Below are positions 53,811 through 64,000 of a stretch of DNA of 64,000 nt, piece by piece. The notes under the pieces are model-generated. The model was not told the origin of the DNA and ran no database searches. It saw only the letters and a list, made by a program, of their open reading frames with translations. The DNA lies in contig OZ024741.1 in assembly GCA_964016885.1 (NCBI GenBank), positions 125,302,001 to 125,366,000 of the forward strand, given 5' to 3'. The stretch's first letter is position 1, and each line of letters starts with the position of its first letter. A program made the translations under genes and the position numbers. The stretch comes from Eledone cirrhosa (Eukaryota).

Positions 53811-55094
53811 GAGAGGAAAGCTCAAAAAAAAAAAAAACTCTGGTGCCTTTTTTATTTTTAACCTGTCCTTAAAGCAACAATAATTTCCATTTTTTCCTTA
53901 TTTAGACAATAGACTTCGAGCTTTAGAATCTTCACTCCTGATGGCTAGCTACTTAATTTAACATATTCTTCAAGAAATTCTTCCTATTTATCAATTGTTT
54001 CTGCTACAGACCATCAACTGTTTCCTCAGATTCTAGGTTCTATTACATGATATTATTCTCTTTATGTCAAGGTACTTAACCCCTATCAAACAAAACCATC
54101 CATTTTAAAAAGTTTCTTTTAAATGAAAACATTCCAACATAGAAACGTTTGTTGTTAAGTTGCTTATCATCTTATCCATCGCTCCTATGTGAGACAGCAA
54201 GCACAACTTCATGCCAACAGTCTCTGTCTCCCATCAAGGTTTGTAGGTCATCCTTGTTAATTCCATTGTCACATGTTTTAGTATCTTGGTATCTCAACTT
54301 TCTGGCAGAGAAGATCTCCCACAACAAGGTCTGAAACCATCTCATCTTTTACACAGAAGCAGTGACCATCAAACCTTTTATGACGTTCAATCAGTTGTGC
54401 AATTACTTTGGGGGTTTTTCCAGCTATCTGATTACGTGTGAATGGGTCTGCCAAGGAGTATTTTGAACCTTTTGAAAATACGATTTTAATGAAAGAATTA
54501 ATAATTTTAGTAAATCCTTTAAAACTCTTAATTAATTAATTAATTAAAAACAGGGGCATAAATCAGTTAAGTTATATAACCCTTTTGTGACCATATTTTT
54601 AATAAGATACACTCTATTTCAATTAAATATTGAAGAATTTGAAGAGTTTACTGAAATTGTTAATTTTTCATTACAAAGATAGTAATTCAATATAGTTGTC
54701 AAATAAATTGTGTTGATAAATTTTAATTTAAATAGGAACCCTTTAAAATTGATGATTTTGTTTCACAGAACCAGAAGTAGTTTTAGGTACCTTAGTATCA
54801 AATGAGTTAAGTGTGAATGGCTGGGTCTACTTAGCCATAAGTAGGTATTAAATGAGGGTATAATTCACTTCCTTTTACAAAGGTGTCACCATGAAATGGC
54901 TGAGTGGCTTGTTGGTATTTAAAGCCAAGCTTAATTCCTCCCATTGAGGGAAGCTATAGCTGCAGTTAACAAGCATCCTACAGAAAAGCAGCAATAAGCA
55001 CCAACCATAGTTGGTTATAGATACACTAATATTGAGAAATAGATATACTAATATTACACCTTTTCCAAAAATTAAACAATAATAAAATAGCTGT

Positions 55095-55415
55095 AGTGGT
55101 ATGCCACCATTACCACATCATTTCCACAGTACTGCCCCAGCATTGCTACAACATTGCCCCAGCATTACCACAGCATTACCCTACGATTACCACACATTGT
55201 ATCAGCATTACCACAGCATTTTCACAGCATAATCCTAGCATTGCCCCAGTATTGCAGAGCATTGCTACAGCAGTGACTCAGCATTGCCCCCAATATTGCC
55301 ATAGCATTGCCACAACATTGCCACAGCATTACCACTTCGTTACCTTAGCCTTGCCATACTATTTTCACATCATTGCCTCAGTATTGCTACAATACTGCCA
55401 CAACATTGCCCTTCC
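55095..55415. repeat. Degenerate 11-bp tandem repeat
   Basis: Recurrent CAGCATTRCCM units. Confidence 0.8.
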
Positions 55416-55710
55416 TTCCCAGTAGTCTTTGAGGCCCTGAAAAGGGTCATGGGCACTGCCCTTGCCTCCCTCTCTGCCTTCAACCAATCTCATATATCCT
55501 GAAAAGGGTCATGATCACTGCAACCCCTCCTTCACTAAACAGTATAAAGAAAATAAATCAATATTGCATATGCCAGTAATATATGGCTTAATAAGCTCTA
55601 ACATGTGATATACATACATCTACACTCTAACATGTAGCATACATATATCTAGACTGTAACATGTGGCATACATACATCTAGACTGTAATGTGGCATACAT
55701 ACATCTAGAC

Positions 55711-56996
55711 TAAAGGTTCTCAACGAGGGGGGGGGGGGTTCGTAGCCCCGGGGGGGGGCGTTAGGGAGGGTTATGCAGTAAGGGGGCATTTGAAACTTTG
55801 AGGGCGCAAGAAGTAAGGTCTACTTCAACAGAAATGACAAGAAGAGGCAATGGTGGTGAACATACACACACATATATACATACATACACACATATATACA
55901 CAAACATACACACATATATACACAAACATAAACACACACACACACATATATATATATACACACACACACACAGCCTGCATTAGTGTTTGATGAAGTTGAG
56001 GACCTGGTCAGCTTTCAGACAGAGGTGTGGTATTTAAACTCCCTAGGTAATAAAATCTGACAACAAAATGTTCTCCTTACCAAAAAAAGAAGACATAGAT
56101 CATATCAACATCCTTACACACTTAAATATAAATGCATGTATATATACAAATGTATAAATGCATAGCTATATACATACATAAATGTATGTATATATGTATG
56201 TATGTAGATTTATATATATATATATAAATCTACATACATATATAAATCTACATACATATATATATATGTATAAATATACATACATATATATATATATATA
56301 AATATACATACATGCATATATATATAAATATACATACATACATATATATATATAAATATACATACATACATATATATATATATAAATATACATACATACA
56401 TATATATATATAAATATACATACATACATATATATATATAAATATACATACATACATATATATATATAAATATACATACATACATATATATATATAAATA
56501 TACATACATACATATATATATAAATATACATACATACATATATATATAAATATACATACATACATATATATATAAATATACATACATACATATATAAATA
56601 TACATACATACATATATATATAAATATACATACATACATATATATATAAATATACATACATACATATATATATAAATATACATACATACATACATATATA
56701 TATAAATATACATACATACATATATATATAAATATACATACATATATATATATATATACATACATATATATATATATATAAATATACATACATATATATA
56801 TCTACATACATACATATATATATCTACATACATATATTTATATATATATATTCTACATACATACATATATATCTACATACATATATTTATATATATATAT
56901 TCTACATACATACATACATACATTTACGTATGTATATAGCTATGCATTTATACATTTGTATATATATACATGCATTTATATTTAAGTGTGTAAGGT

Positions 56997-57063
<67 letters not shown>

Positions 57064-58576
57064 TATATATATATATATACATATGTGCAGTGTGACAGGA
57101 AGCTTGTTTCCCAACCACATGTTTCCGGGTTCAGTCCCACTGCCCGAGCCGACCAAAGCCCTGTGAGTGGATTTGATAGATCAAAACTAAAAGAAGCTCG
57201 TCGTATATATGTATATATGTCTGTGTGTGTCTTTGCGTTTGTGTTTGCCCTCCCACCATTGCTTGTTCGTTTGTTGACATCCCCATAACTTACCAAGGTG
57301 ATGCTCCAGCATGGGCGTAGTCCAGAGACAGAAAAAAAGTAAAATATATATGTGTGTGTGTGTGTAGAAGAGGGGTCTCAAACTCAAGGACACAAAAGGG
57401 CTATTACGTCCTGGCGGAGAGGCACAGTGGGCCAAACGTGGTGGTGGGTGAAAATTTTCACCAGTTATAATCATTTCTACTATAGGAATAAGGCATGAAA
57501 TTTGGGGTTTAGGGTTCAGTCGATTGCATCGATCCTAGTACACAACTGGTACTTAATTCGTTGACCCCAAAAGGATGTAAGGCAAAGTTGAGATCGGCGG
57601 AATTTGAACTCAGAACGTAAAAATGGAAGAAGTACCGTTAAGCATTTCGCCAGATGTGCTAACAATTCCACCAGCTCACCGCCTTATTTTCACCAGTTAT
57701 AATGCGATATGAAATATTGGTTCTACCACAGGCCACAGATAAGTAGTTCGCGGGCCGCATGTGTGAGCCCTCTGTTGGAGATGAATAGATAGATAAATTT
57801 CTATAGATAGATAGATGTGTACCAAACACACACACATTTCTTACTCTCTCTGTCCCTCCCTCTTTCTCTCTCCATTTATATGTGTGCGTGCGTGTGCGTG
57901 TGTGCGTGTGTGCGTGCGTGTGTGTGTGTGTGCGTGGAGCATTGTTATTTGGCGTTGGTTGTTGAAAAGAGCTGTGGCCTTTGACCTGGCAATAAAAAAC
58001 TGTAGACAAAATTCTTTCTGTACCAAGGCACACACACACACACAAGTTTGTGTGTGTGTGGGGGGGGGGTCTATCTATGTTTATATATAAGGGATAAAAA
58101 TATTGCTTTCTCAGTCACAAGCTTCTCAATTCATTCCTTACTACTTATTTTGCTACGAGGTATATTATTTTGCAAGGTACTATTTTTCCCCTGAGTTTGT
58201 GATTTCAGAGAAAGGTAAGAAATTCTTCATATTTTGCATCTTTTGTATTTTGACTTTGCAGTTTCAATTGTCTATCCACTCAAAATATTCAACAGCTAAC
58301 AGTGAAATATAGAATTTAAAAAAAAAAAAGCTTTTTCGACTGAGATCAAATTTTTCTTTTTATTTCAAAAATATATAATTTGAAATAGCTTGCTTTTGTT
58401 TGGGACTGAAACTTTTTTGTATTTAATTTGTACAAGTATTTTTTAAAGAATCTAAGATAACTTGATTTGGCCCAGTAATCTACTGATATCAAAATCAGTA
58501 GTATATTGAAAAATGGAAAAATAGGGTAGGAGGGCGTTTCGTGATTTCGAGGGGCAAAATGGGTTGAGAACCTTTG
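55711..58576. mobile_element. 2.87-kb hAT-type element, same TIR family as 41542-43256, opposite orientation
   Basis: TIRs TAAAGGTTCTCAAC / GTTGAGAACCTTTG; 8-bp TSD ATCTAGAC at 55703-55710 and 58577-58584. Subterminal GGGCGTTTCGTGATTTCGAGGGGCAAAA is the reverse complement of the 41580-41612 region. Confidence 0.88.
57472..57685 (-). mobile_element. Full-length tRNA-SINE with 18-bp TSD, inside a remnant Charlie/hAT-like MITE (~57370-57775)
   Basis: TSD ATTTTCACCAGTTATAAT at 57454-57471 and 57686-57703; flanks GAGGGGTCTCAAAC … GCGGGCCGCATGTGTGAGCCCTCTG. Confidence 0.8.
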
Positions 58577-59667
58577 ATCTAGACTGTAACATGGCATACA
58601 TACAAACACACATCTACTCTATTCCAGATATATATAATCAAAAATCAAACCTAAGTTAAAACCAAAATACTTATTACTTTCTCCAGTAAGGAAGTGAGTG
58701 GAAGCAGGAATAGCAAAGTGGTTAAGAAGTTTGCCACTCAATCATGAAGTTGAGGTTCCAGGTTCGATCTTATTGCATGGGATCTTATGAAAGAGACTTT
58801 ACTATAGCTTTGGGTGAAACTGTGGAAGTTCATCAGAAGGAGCTAATCTTTGCTTTAGGAGAGGAAATTGTCTTCAAATGCTTGACGTATGACTTTTGGA
58901 AAAAAGCTTTGGTCACCTTGAGACTACAGTAGAAGATATATATCCAAGGTGCCTGGCAGTGGGACTGAACCTGCAACCTCATGGTTACAAAGTAAACTTC
59001 TTAACCACACGGCCATGCCTGCACATACATACATACACACATATGTACATACATGTGTACGTATATAGATATGTATACATGCACACATATACACACAAGA
59101 AATAAAATGTTTATATGGTATCTACTAACACCAACTAACATCAAATGTTAACCCATATAGTCCCTATCCTTTGAAGGAAAGGGATGGTGTTTTAGCATTA
59201 AACCTACCAGTCCCTAATTTAAAAAAAATTAAATAACAATGTACCATTGAAATTAGCATTGCCTCAATATATTAGCAGGATGCCATAAAAATGACTAGTT
59301 AACATCAACAATGACCCATTAAAATTAATGGAATGTTATTAAAATCAGTCATGTGCTGTTAAAATTAGCAACACCCAATTAAAATGACTAAAATATAACT
59401 TTAAAAAAAAAATCCCTACACCCACCACCACCACATACACACACACAAAAAAAAATATTTATATGGTACCAACCAACTAAACACTAAATACTAAAAATAT
59501 CTATGTACTCTCCACCATTTAAAGGAAGGATCCATTTTTTTAAATAATTTTTTTTTTTTTTGCTTCAAACTGAGAATGCGCAATAAGTTAAAAACCAGTA
59601 AAAAAGAAAAGAAAGAGAGATAAATACAACAGCTTGACAACAGTTTGGAAGTTTAATTCGTACTTAC

Positions 59668-59676
59668 CAGTTAAAT
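59668..59676 (-). CDS. SLC12A2: Candidate 9-nt microexon of the NKCC-like gene
   Basis: Minus strand: …GTCTCCCTTCTCTATATTTCAG-ATTTAACTG-GTAAGT. Read as phase 1 (xAT TTA ACT G), it joins the 46969 exon to give L-T-E-P-A-Q. Confidence 0.7.
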
Positions 59677-59929
59677 CTGAAATATAGAGAAGGGAGACTT
59701 AAAACACAAAATTGACAGGCATAACTACTGCAGCAACAAAGTTTTGTTTGCGCAGTTTTGTCTTACAACAAACATAAATAAATAAATAAATACATAAACA
59801 CACAAATGGTAAAGCTCAAATCAAATCATAACAGTTTACATGCAAATTGAAAAGGTATCAAAGAAAAAAGAAAAACATTAATCTCTTGGAGTATTAATAT
59901 TGTCTTTTTCAAAATCACCCCTTTTTATA

Positions 59930-60525
59930 AGATATGAATATAAACCATTCTTATGTATAATATTTGAATATAAACCATTATTATTTATTATATATGAATA
60001 TAAACCATTCTTATGTATAGCATATATTATAAACCAACCTTATTTTCAATATATGATTATAAACCTTCCTTATTTATAATATATGATAATAAACCATTCT
60101 TATTTATAACATATGATTATAAACTATTCTTATTTATAATATATGTTTATAAACCATCCTTATTTATTTATAATGTATGAATATAAACTACTGAATAAGT
60201 CACCTTTATGTATTTATAACATTTGAATATAAGCCGCCTTTATTTATTTATAACATTTGAATATATAAGCCGCCTTTATTTATTTATAACATTTGAATAT
60301 AAGCCGCCTTTATTTATTTATAACAATTTAATACAAGCCACCTTTATCTATTTATAACAATTTAATACAAGCCACCTTTATTTATTTATAACAATTCAAT
60401 ATAAGCCACCTTTATTTATTTATAGCAATTCAATATAAGCCACCTTTATTTATTTATAACTCTTTAATATAAGCCACCTTTATTTATTTATAGCAATTCA
60501 TAAGCCACCTTTATTAATATAAGAC
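59930..60525. repeat. AT-rich ~29-33-bp minisatellite with two sub-arrays
   Basis: Units ATATGAWTATAAACCATTCTTATTTATA grade into AATATAAGCCRCCTTTATTTATTTATAACA. Confidence 0.85.
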
Positions 60526-60989
60526 ACAAGATAAAAGAACTAACATGCTCCAGCATGGCCTATCCACAGCTCAGACCCATCAGGTTGGAACCAAGGAAAA
60601 AACAGCAAGTATTTTAGGACACTGGGATTATAGTTCTATGCTTCCTTTAGCATGCTCAATCACTTTCAATATATTGAACACATGGGGAAGAAGTGGGTGC
60701 AGAGAGACACAGGGTGACAGGCAAATAGAGAGAAGAGGGAGAGAGAGAGAAAAGAGAGCAAAGAGGGAGGGGAAGGGAAAAAGAGGACAGGAGAAATAAT
60801 ACATATACAGGAATCCCAGGTTCCTATAACAAGAGTCACGCCATGCCTCTTGTTATTGGGACAACTCATATAACCATGCTAGCATAGGTTAGTTTCAGAA
60901 GATCCCGTTAAGGGTGAAAGCAGCGATTCTTTGCTTAAACTTTAATCTGTTATTTTAATAAATATATATATATATGTATATATATGTAT

Positions 60990-61412
60990 ATATATAAACA
61001 TACCATGTTTCTTTAGAAATACAAAATTTCTATACATATCTCTATACAGCTATGCCTGAAGCTAAATCCTAATTATATTCTATTATAAGTTGAGCCAACT
61101 TATGCAGCTTCATATGCAAATGAGATTAATCACCTCATTTACACAGACGAGGAAACTATATATTCTCGATTGTTTTCAAGTCCAGCAGTCGCAAGTGTGG
61201 GAAGGATCGTCCTGATAAGGACCAGTTAAGTCTGAAATACATCAACGATTGTCCCCCCTTCTTGCTTCTGCTGGACACTACCAGAGGGTGTTAGTCCCAG
61301 TGTTTTTTGCAGAGCTACGGCTTTCTAAATGTTTACCTGTAAACATACTGTATTTCTTTAGAAATATGAAATTTCTATATACAGCTATGCCTGAAGCTTA
61401 ATCCTAATTCTA
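60990..61412 (+). mobile_element. Hammerhead-bearing pseudo-LTR remnant with a partial tandem repeat
   Basis: 61206-61249 reads AUCGUC-CUGAUAA-GGAC-CAGUUAA-GUCU-GAAA-UACA-UC-AACGAU. 61000-61075 repeats at 61340-61410. Confidence 0.75.
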
Positions 61413-61777
61413 TATATATACACATATATTGAGGAAAACAATGAAGTTTCCTTTACATGTACTTAGTGGAGTGGAGTCCATAACTTCTATGGGTGACCTT
61501 CTATGGAAACGCACATAACAGGTTGACACAGTGAAAACTTAAATAAATGTAAATGAAACTTCATGGATTTTCTTGGTACATACACTCTGCCTGTGCATTG
61601 AGTGGTCAAATCTGTACCACCACCAGATATTCACCGAAAGACATACAATAAATATATATTATTATTATAGAAATTACTTCTACAGGATTAGAACTGTTTC
61701 ATTCGAGAGAAATCATCAGGAAAGACTTTCCTGGTGATTTCTTATGAATGAAACAGTTCTAATCCCATAGACATAAT

Positions 61778-61955
61778 TGTTTCTATTTTAGGCACAAGGC
61801 CAGCAATTACCCAGTACATTACTGGTACTTTATTTTATCGACCCCGTAAGGATGAAAAGAAAGTTAACCTCGGCGGGATTTGAACTCAGATCATAAAGGG
61901 ACGTAACTCTTTGCTTCAAAGCATGGTGTCCGACTCTCTACCGATACTGCCAATC
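61778..61955 (-). mobile_element. tRNA-SINE with TSD inserted in the right arm of a small palindrome (61680-61770)
   Basis: TSD AATCCCATAGACATAAT at 61761-61777 and ~61959-61975. Confidence 0.85.
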
Positions 61956-62159
61956 AATAATCCCATAGACATAATGAAAGGGTTAACACATTGCATGCTT
62001 GTGTCCCATCCTTTCATTTTTATATCACTATGTTTGTACATCCCCACTAGTCCTATAACCTACTCACCCTGTTTCTAATACATTGCTATATTGAAAGAAG
62101 GGGCCATGGTGGCAATAAAGTCAACATATTATTACTATTATTATCATCATTATCTCTTG

Positions 62160-62588
62160 CCTTCTAACCAGTTTGTTGAAAGGTGGGTGAGAGTGGCAAG
62201 CATGGTCCGTGTAAATGGGCCTGCCTTGAGCATACACCTGTAGATTGGAGTAGAAAGACTGTGAGATGGCACATTGCCCTAGCGGACAGGGTGACTGTCG
62301 CTTTTTATGGCCCGAGTAAATAGGCCTACTCTGAGTATGTGCCTGTAAATTGAAGGTGGAAAACTGGGAGAAGGCACTTACCCTGGTGGTCAGGGTCACC
62401 ATAGCTTTTTTTAATGGACTTTCTCCACGATGGCCCGCGGAAGTCTCCCCCCTATTGGGGAATTTTTCATTGTTCCTTTTTTGTTACATCCTCTGTTTTT
62501 GTTATTTTACATGCAGAAATGCCCATTTGTACCGTCCTGTACTGTCCTTAATGTCTACTTTATGTAAACCCTTGTAGTTAATAAAGAA
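62160..62588 (+). mobile_element. Tx1/L1-like LINE 3' fragment in an (ATT)n tract
   Basis: SNQFVERWVRVASMVRVNGPALSIHL* aligns with SKFAERWVNVAKMARVNGPSLYINL at 47.7 kb. Both share a CCCCTATTGGGG hairpin and an AATAAAGAAA end. Confidence 0.65.
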
Positions 62589-64000
62589 ATCATTATTACT
62601 TTTATTATTCGAATTGTTATTATTATTATTGCTGTTGTTGTTATTATTATTGATATTATTATTATCATCATTCTATAATTATTATTATTGTTGTTGTTGT
62701 TGCTGCTGCTGCTGCTGCTGTTATTGTGGGTTATTATTATTATTATTAAGCCAGCATTGACTTTCGTCCTTTCCGGGAGGTCAGTAAAAAGAAGTACCAG
62801 TAAAATACTGGTGTTGATTTAATCAGTTCTACCCCATCACTAGTTGTTGCTGAATTAGGCTGGCTGTGATAAGCACAGGAAATGACAATTGTTGTAGGAA
62901 CATAAGTAGCCATGCTGGTGTAGCAGTAATATATATTCTGAGGTCATAGAAAATATTGAACAAATCTTTAAAATAGTGTAATCTTGAAATACAAGGTGTC
63001 CCCAAAGAATGTATACACACTTTGATTACTGGCACAGGCAATATTTATTAGAATGCTGTTGAAGTGTGTATTCATTTTTGAGGGACTGTATTGTATCATT
63101 TTAGGGTCACCAATGTAGAAAATATATATTCACTAAAGGTAGTGCAAGAAAAATTATAACATGGGTTTATTCTATTTATAATCACAAAACTGAAAAATAT
63201 GTTTTCTACATATCAATAACTTAAATTGGTTGTGTCAAGCCTGATTAGCAAAAAATATTAATATTAAATATAAAATGGTTTTAATTTTCAACATCAAGAA
63301 CATTTGGAAAATAGTAACAATTGTTTGAATAAAAAAAGGAATAAAATATTTTACTACGTTAGTTGTGTCAATACAAGTAATACATTATGGGGTGTATGTG
63401 TGTTTATCCAAGTGAGACTGGATAATGTGTACACACATACAAGTGAGTCTATATGAAATGCAAATCCACTCAAGTGAATGTACATTAGGTAACTCCACAT
63501 AAGTAACACAGTATGATGTATACACACATACAAGCACATCTGTATGACATGTATATTCGTATAAATGAGTCTACATGTGTACACATATATACAAGTGAAT
63601 TTATATAGTATGTGACTCCATACACAGGAGTCTCTATGATGTGCGTGTGCACATGTATATTCATATAGTCATTTAACCTGGCACACAACCATTGCAGTCC
63701 TTACTTCAGAAGTCATTTAATCAAGCACACAAGCAAGTTCATTCCTTTAATAGTCAGTTAGTTAAACAAAACAAGTAAGGCCTGGCATCAGGAAAGGCAT
63801 CCAACCATAGAATTCTATCAAACCCATGCTAGCATGAAAAAATAAGTGTAGAACTGATGATGATGAGGAAAATGATGATAATGATATCCCTTATTCAAGA
63901 CATAAAAGACTATATATTCTGTTATAGAGCTTCAGGAAGACATAGGCAGCATTCCATAGTTGAGTTTTTACCACTTAATGCCCCTGACAGCAAGCATATA

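Noticed and set aside
56166-56866. Long Tyr/Ile/Met/Cys ORFs (also 37.2-37.8 kb)
   Set aside because: They are translations of TA/TACA satellite.

Overview
AT-rich, microsatellite- and transposon-dense metazoan DNA, most likely a coleoid cephalopod (Octopus-like), judged from the SINE repertoire and repeat content; this is an inference. The only host gene I can support is the 3' part of a minus-strand SLC12 Na-K-Cl cotransporter (NKCC1/SLC12A2-like). Six GT-AG exons between 46969 and 37774 splice in frame to the family's C-terminus (…[21 protein letters not shown]…TLPMPRKG…[15 protein letters not shown]). A candidate 9-nt frame-preserving microexon lies upstream at 59668-59676. The rest is a 3.9-kb 26-bp minisatellite, a decayed Penelope-like retroelement, RTE/CR1/Tx1 LINE fragments, many tRNA-derived SINEs, hAT-type elements with 8-bp TSDs and nested cargo, and TTAA MITEs. 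The most unusual signal is a set of sequence-unrelated short elements in (TA)n tracts, often head-to-head palindromes, that carry minimal type-I hammerhead ribozyme motifs. One has a U3-A8 compensatory core and one has an extended stem II. Most ORFs in the supplied track are microsatellite artefacts.
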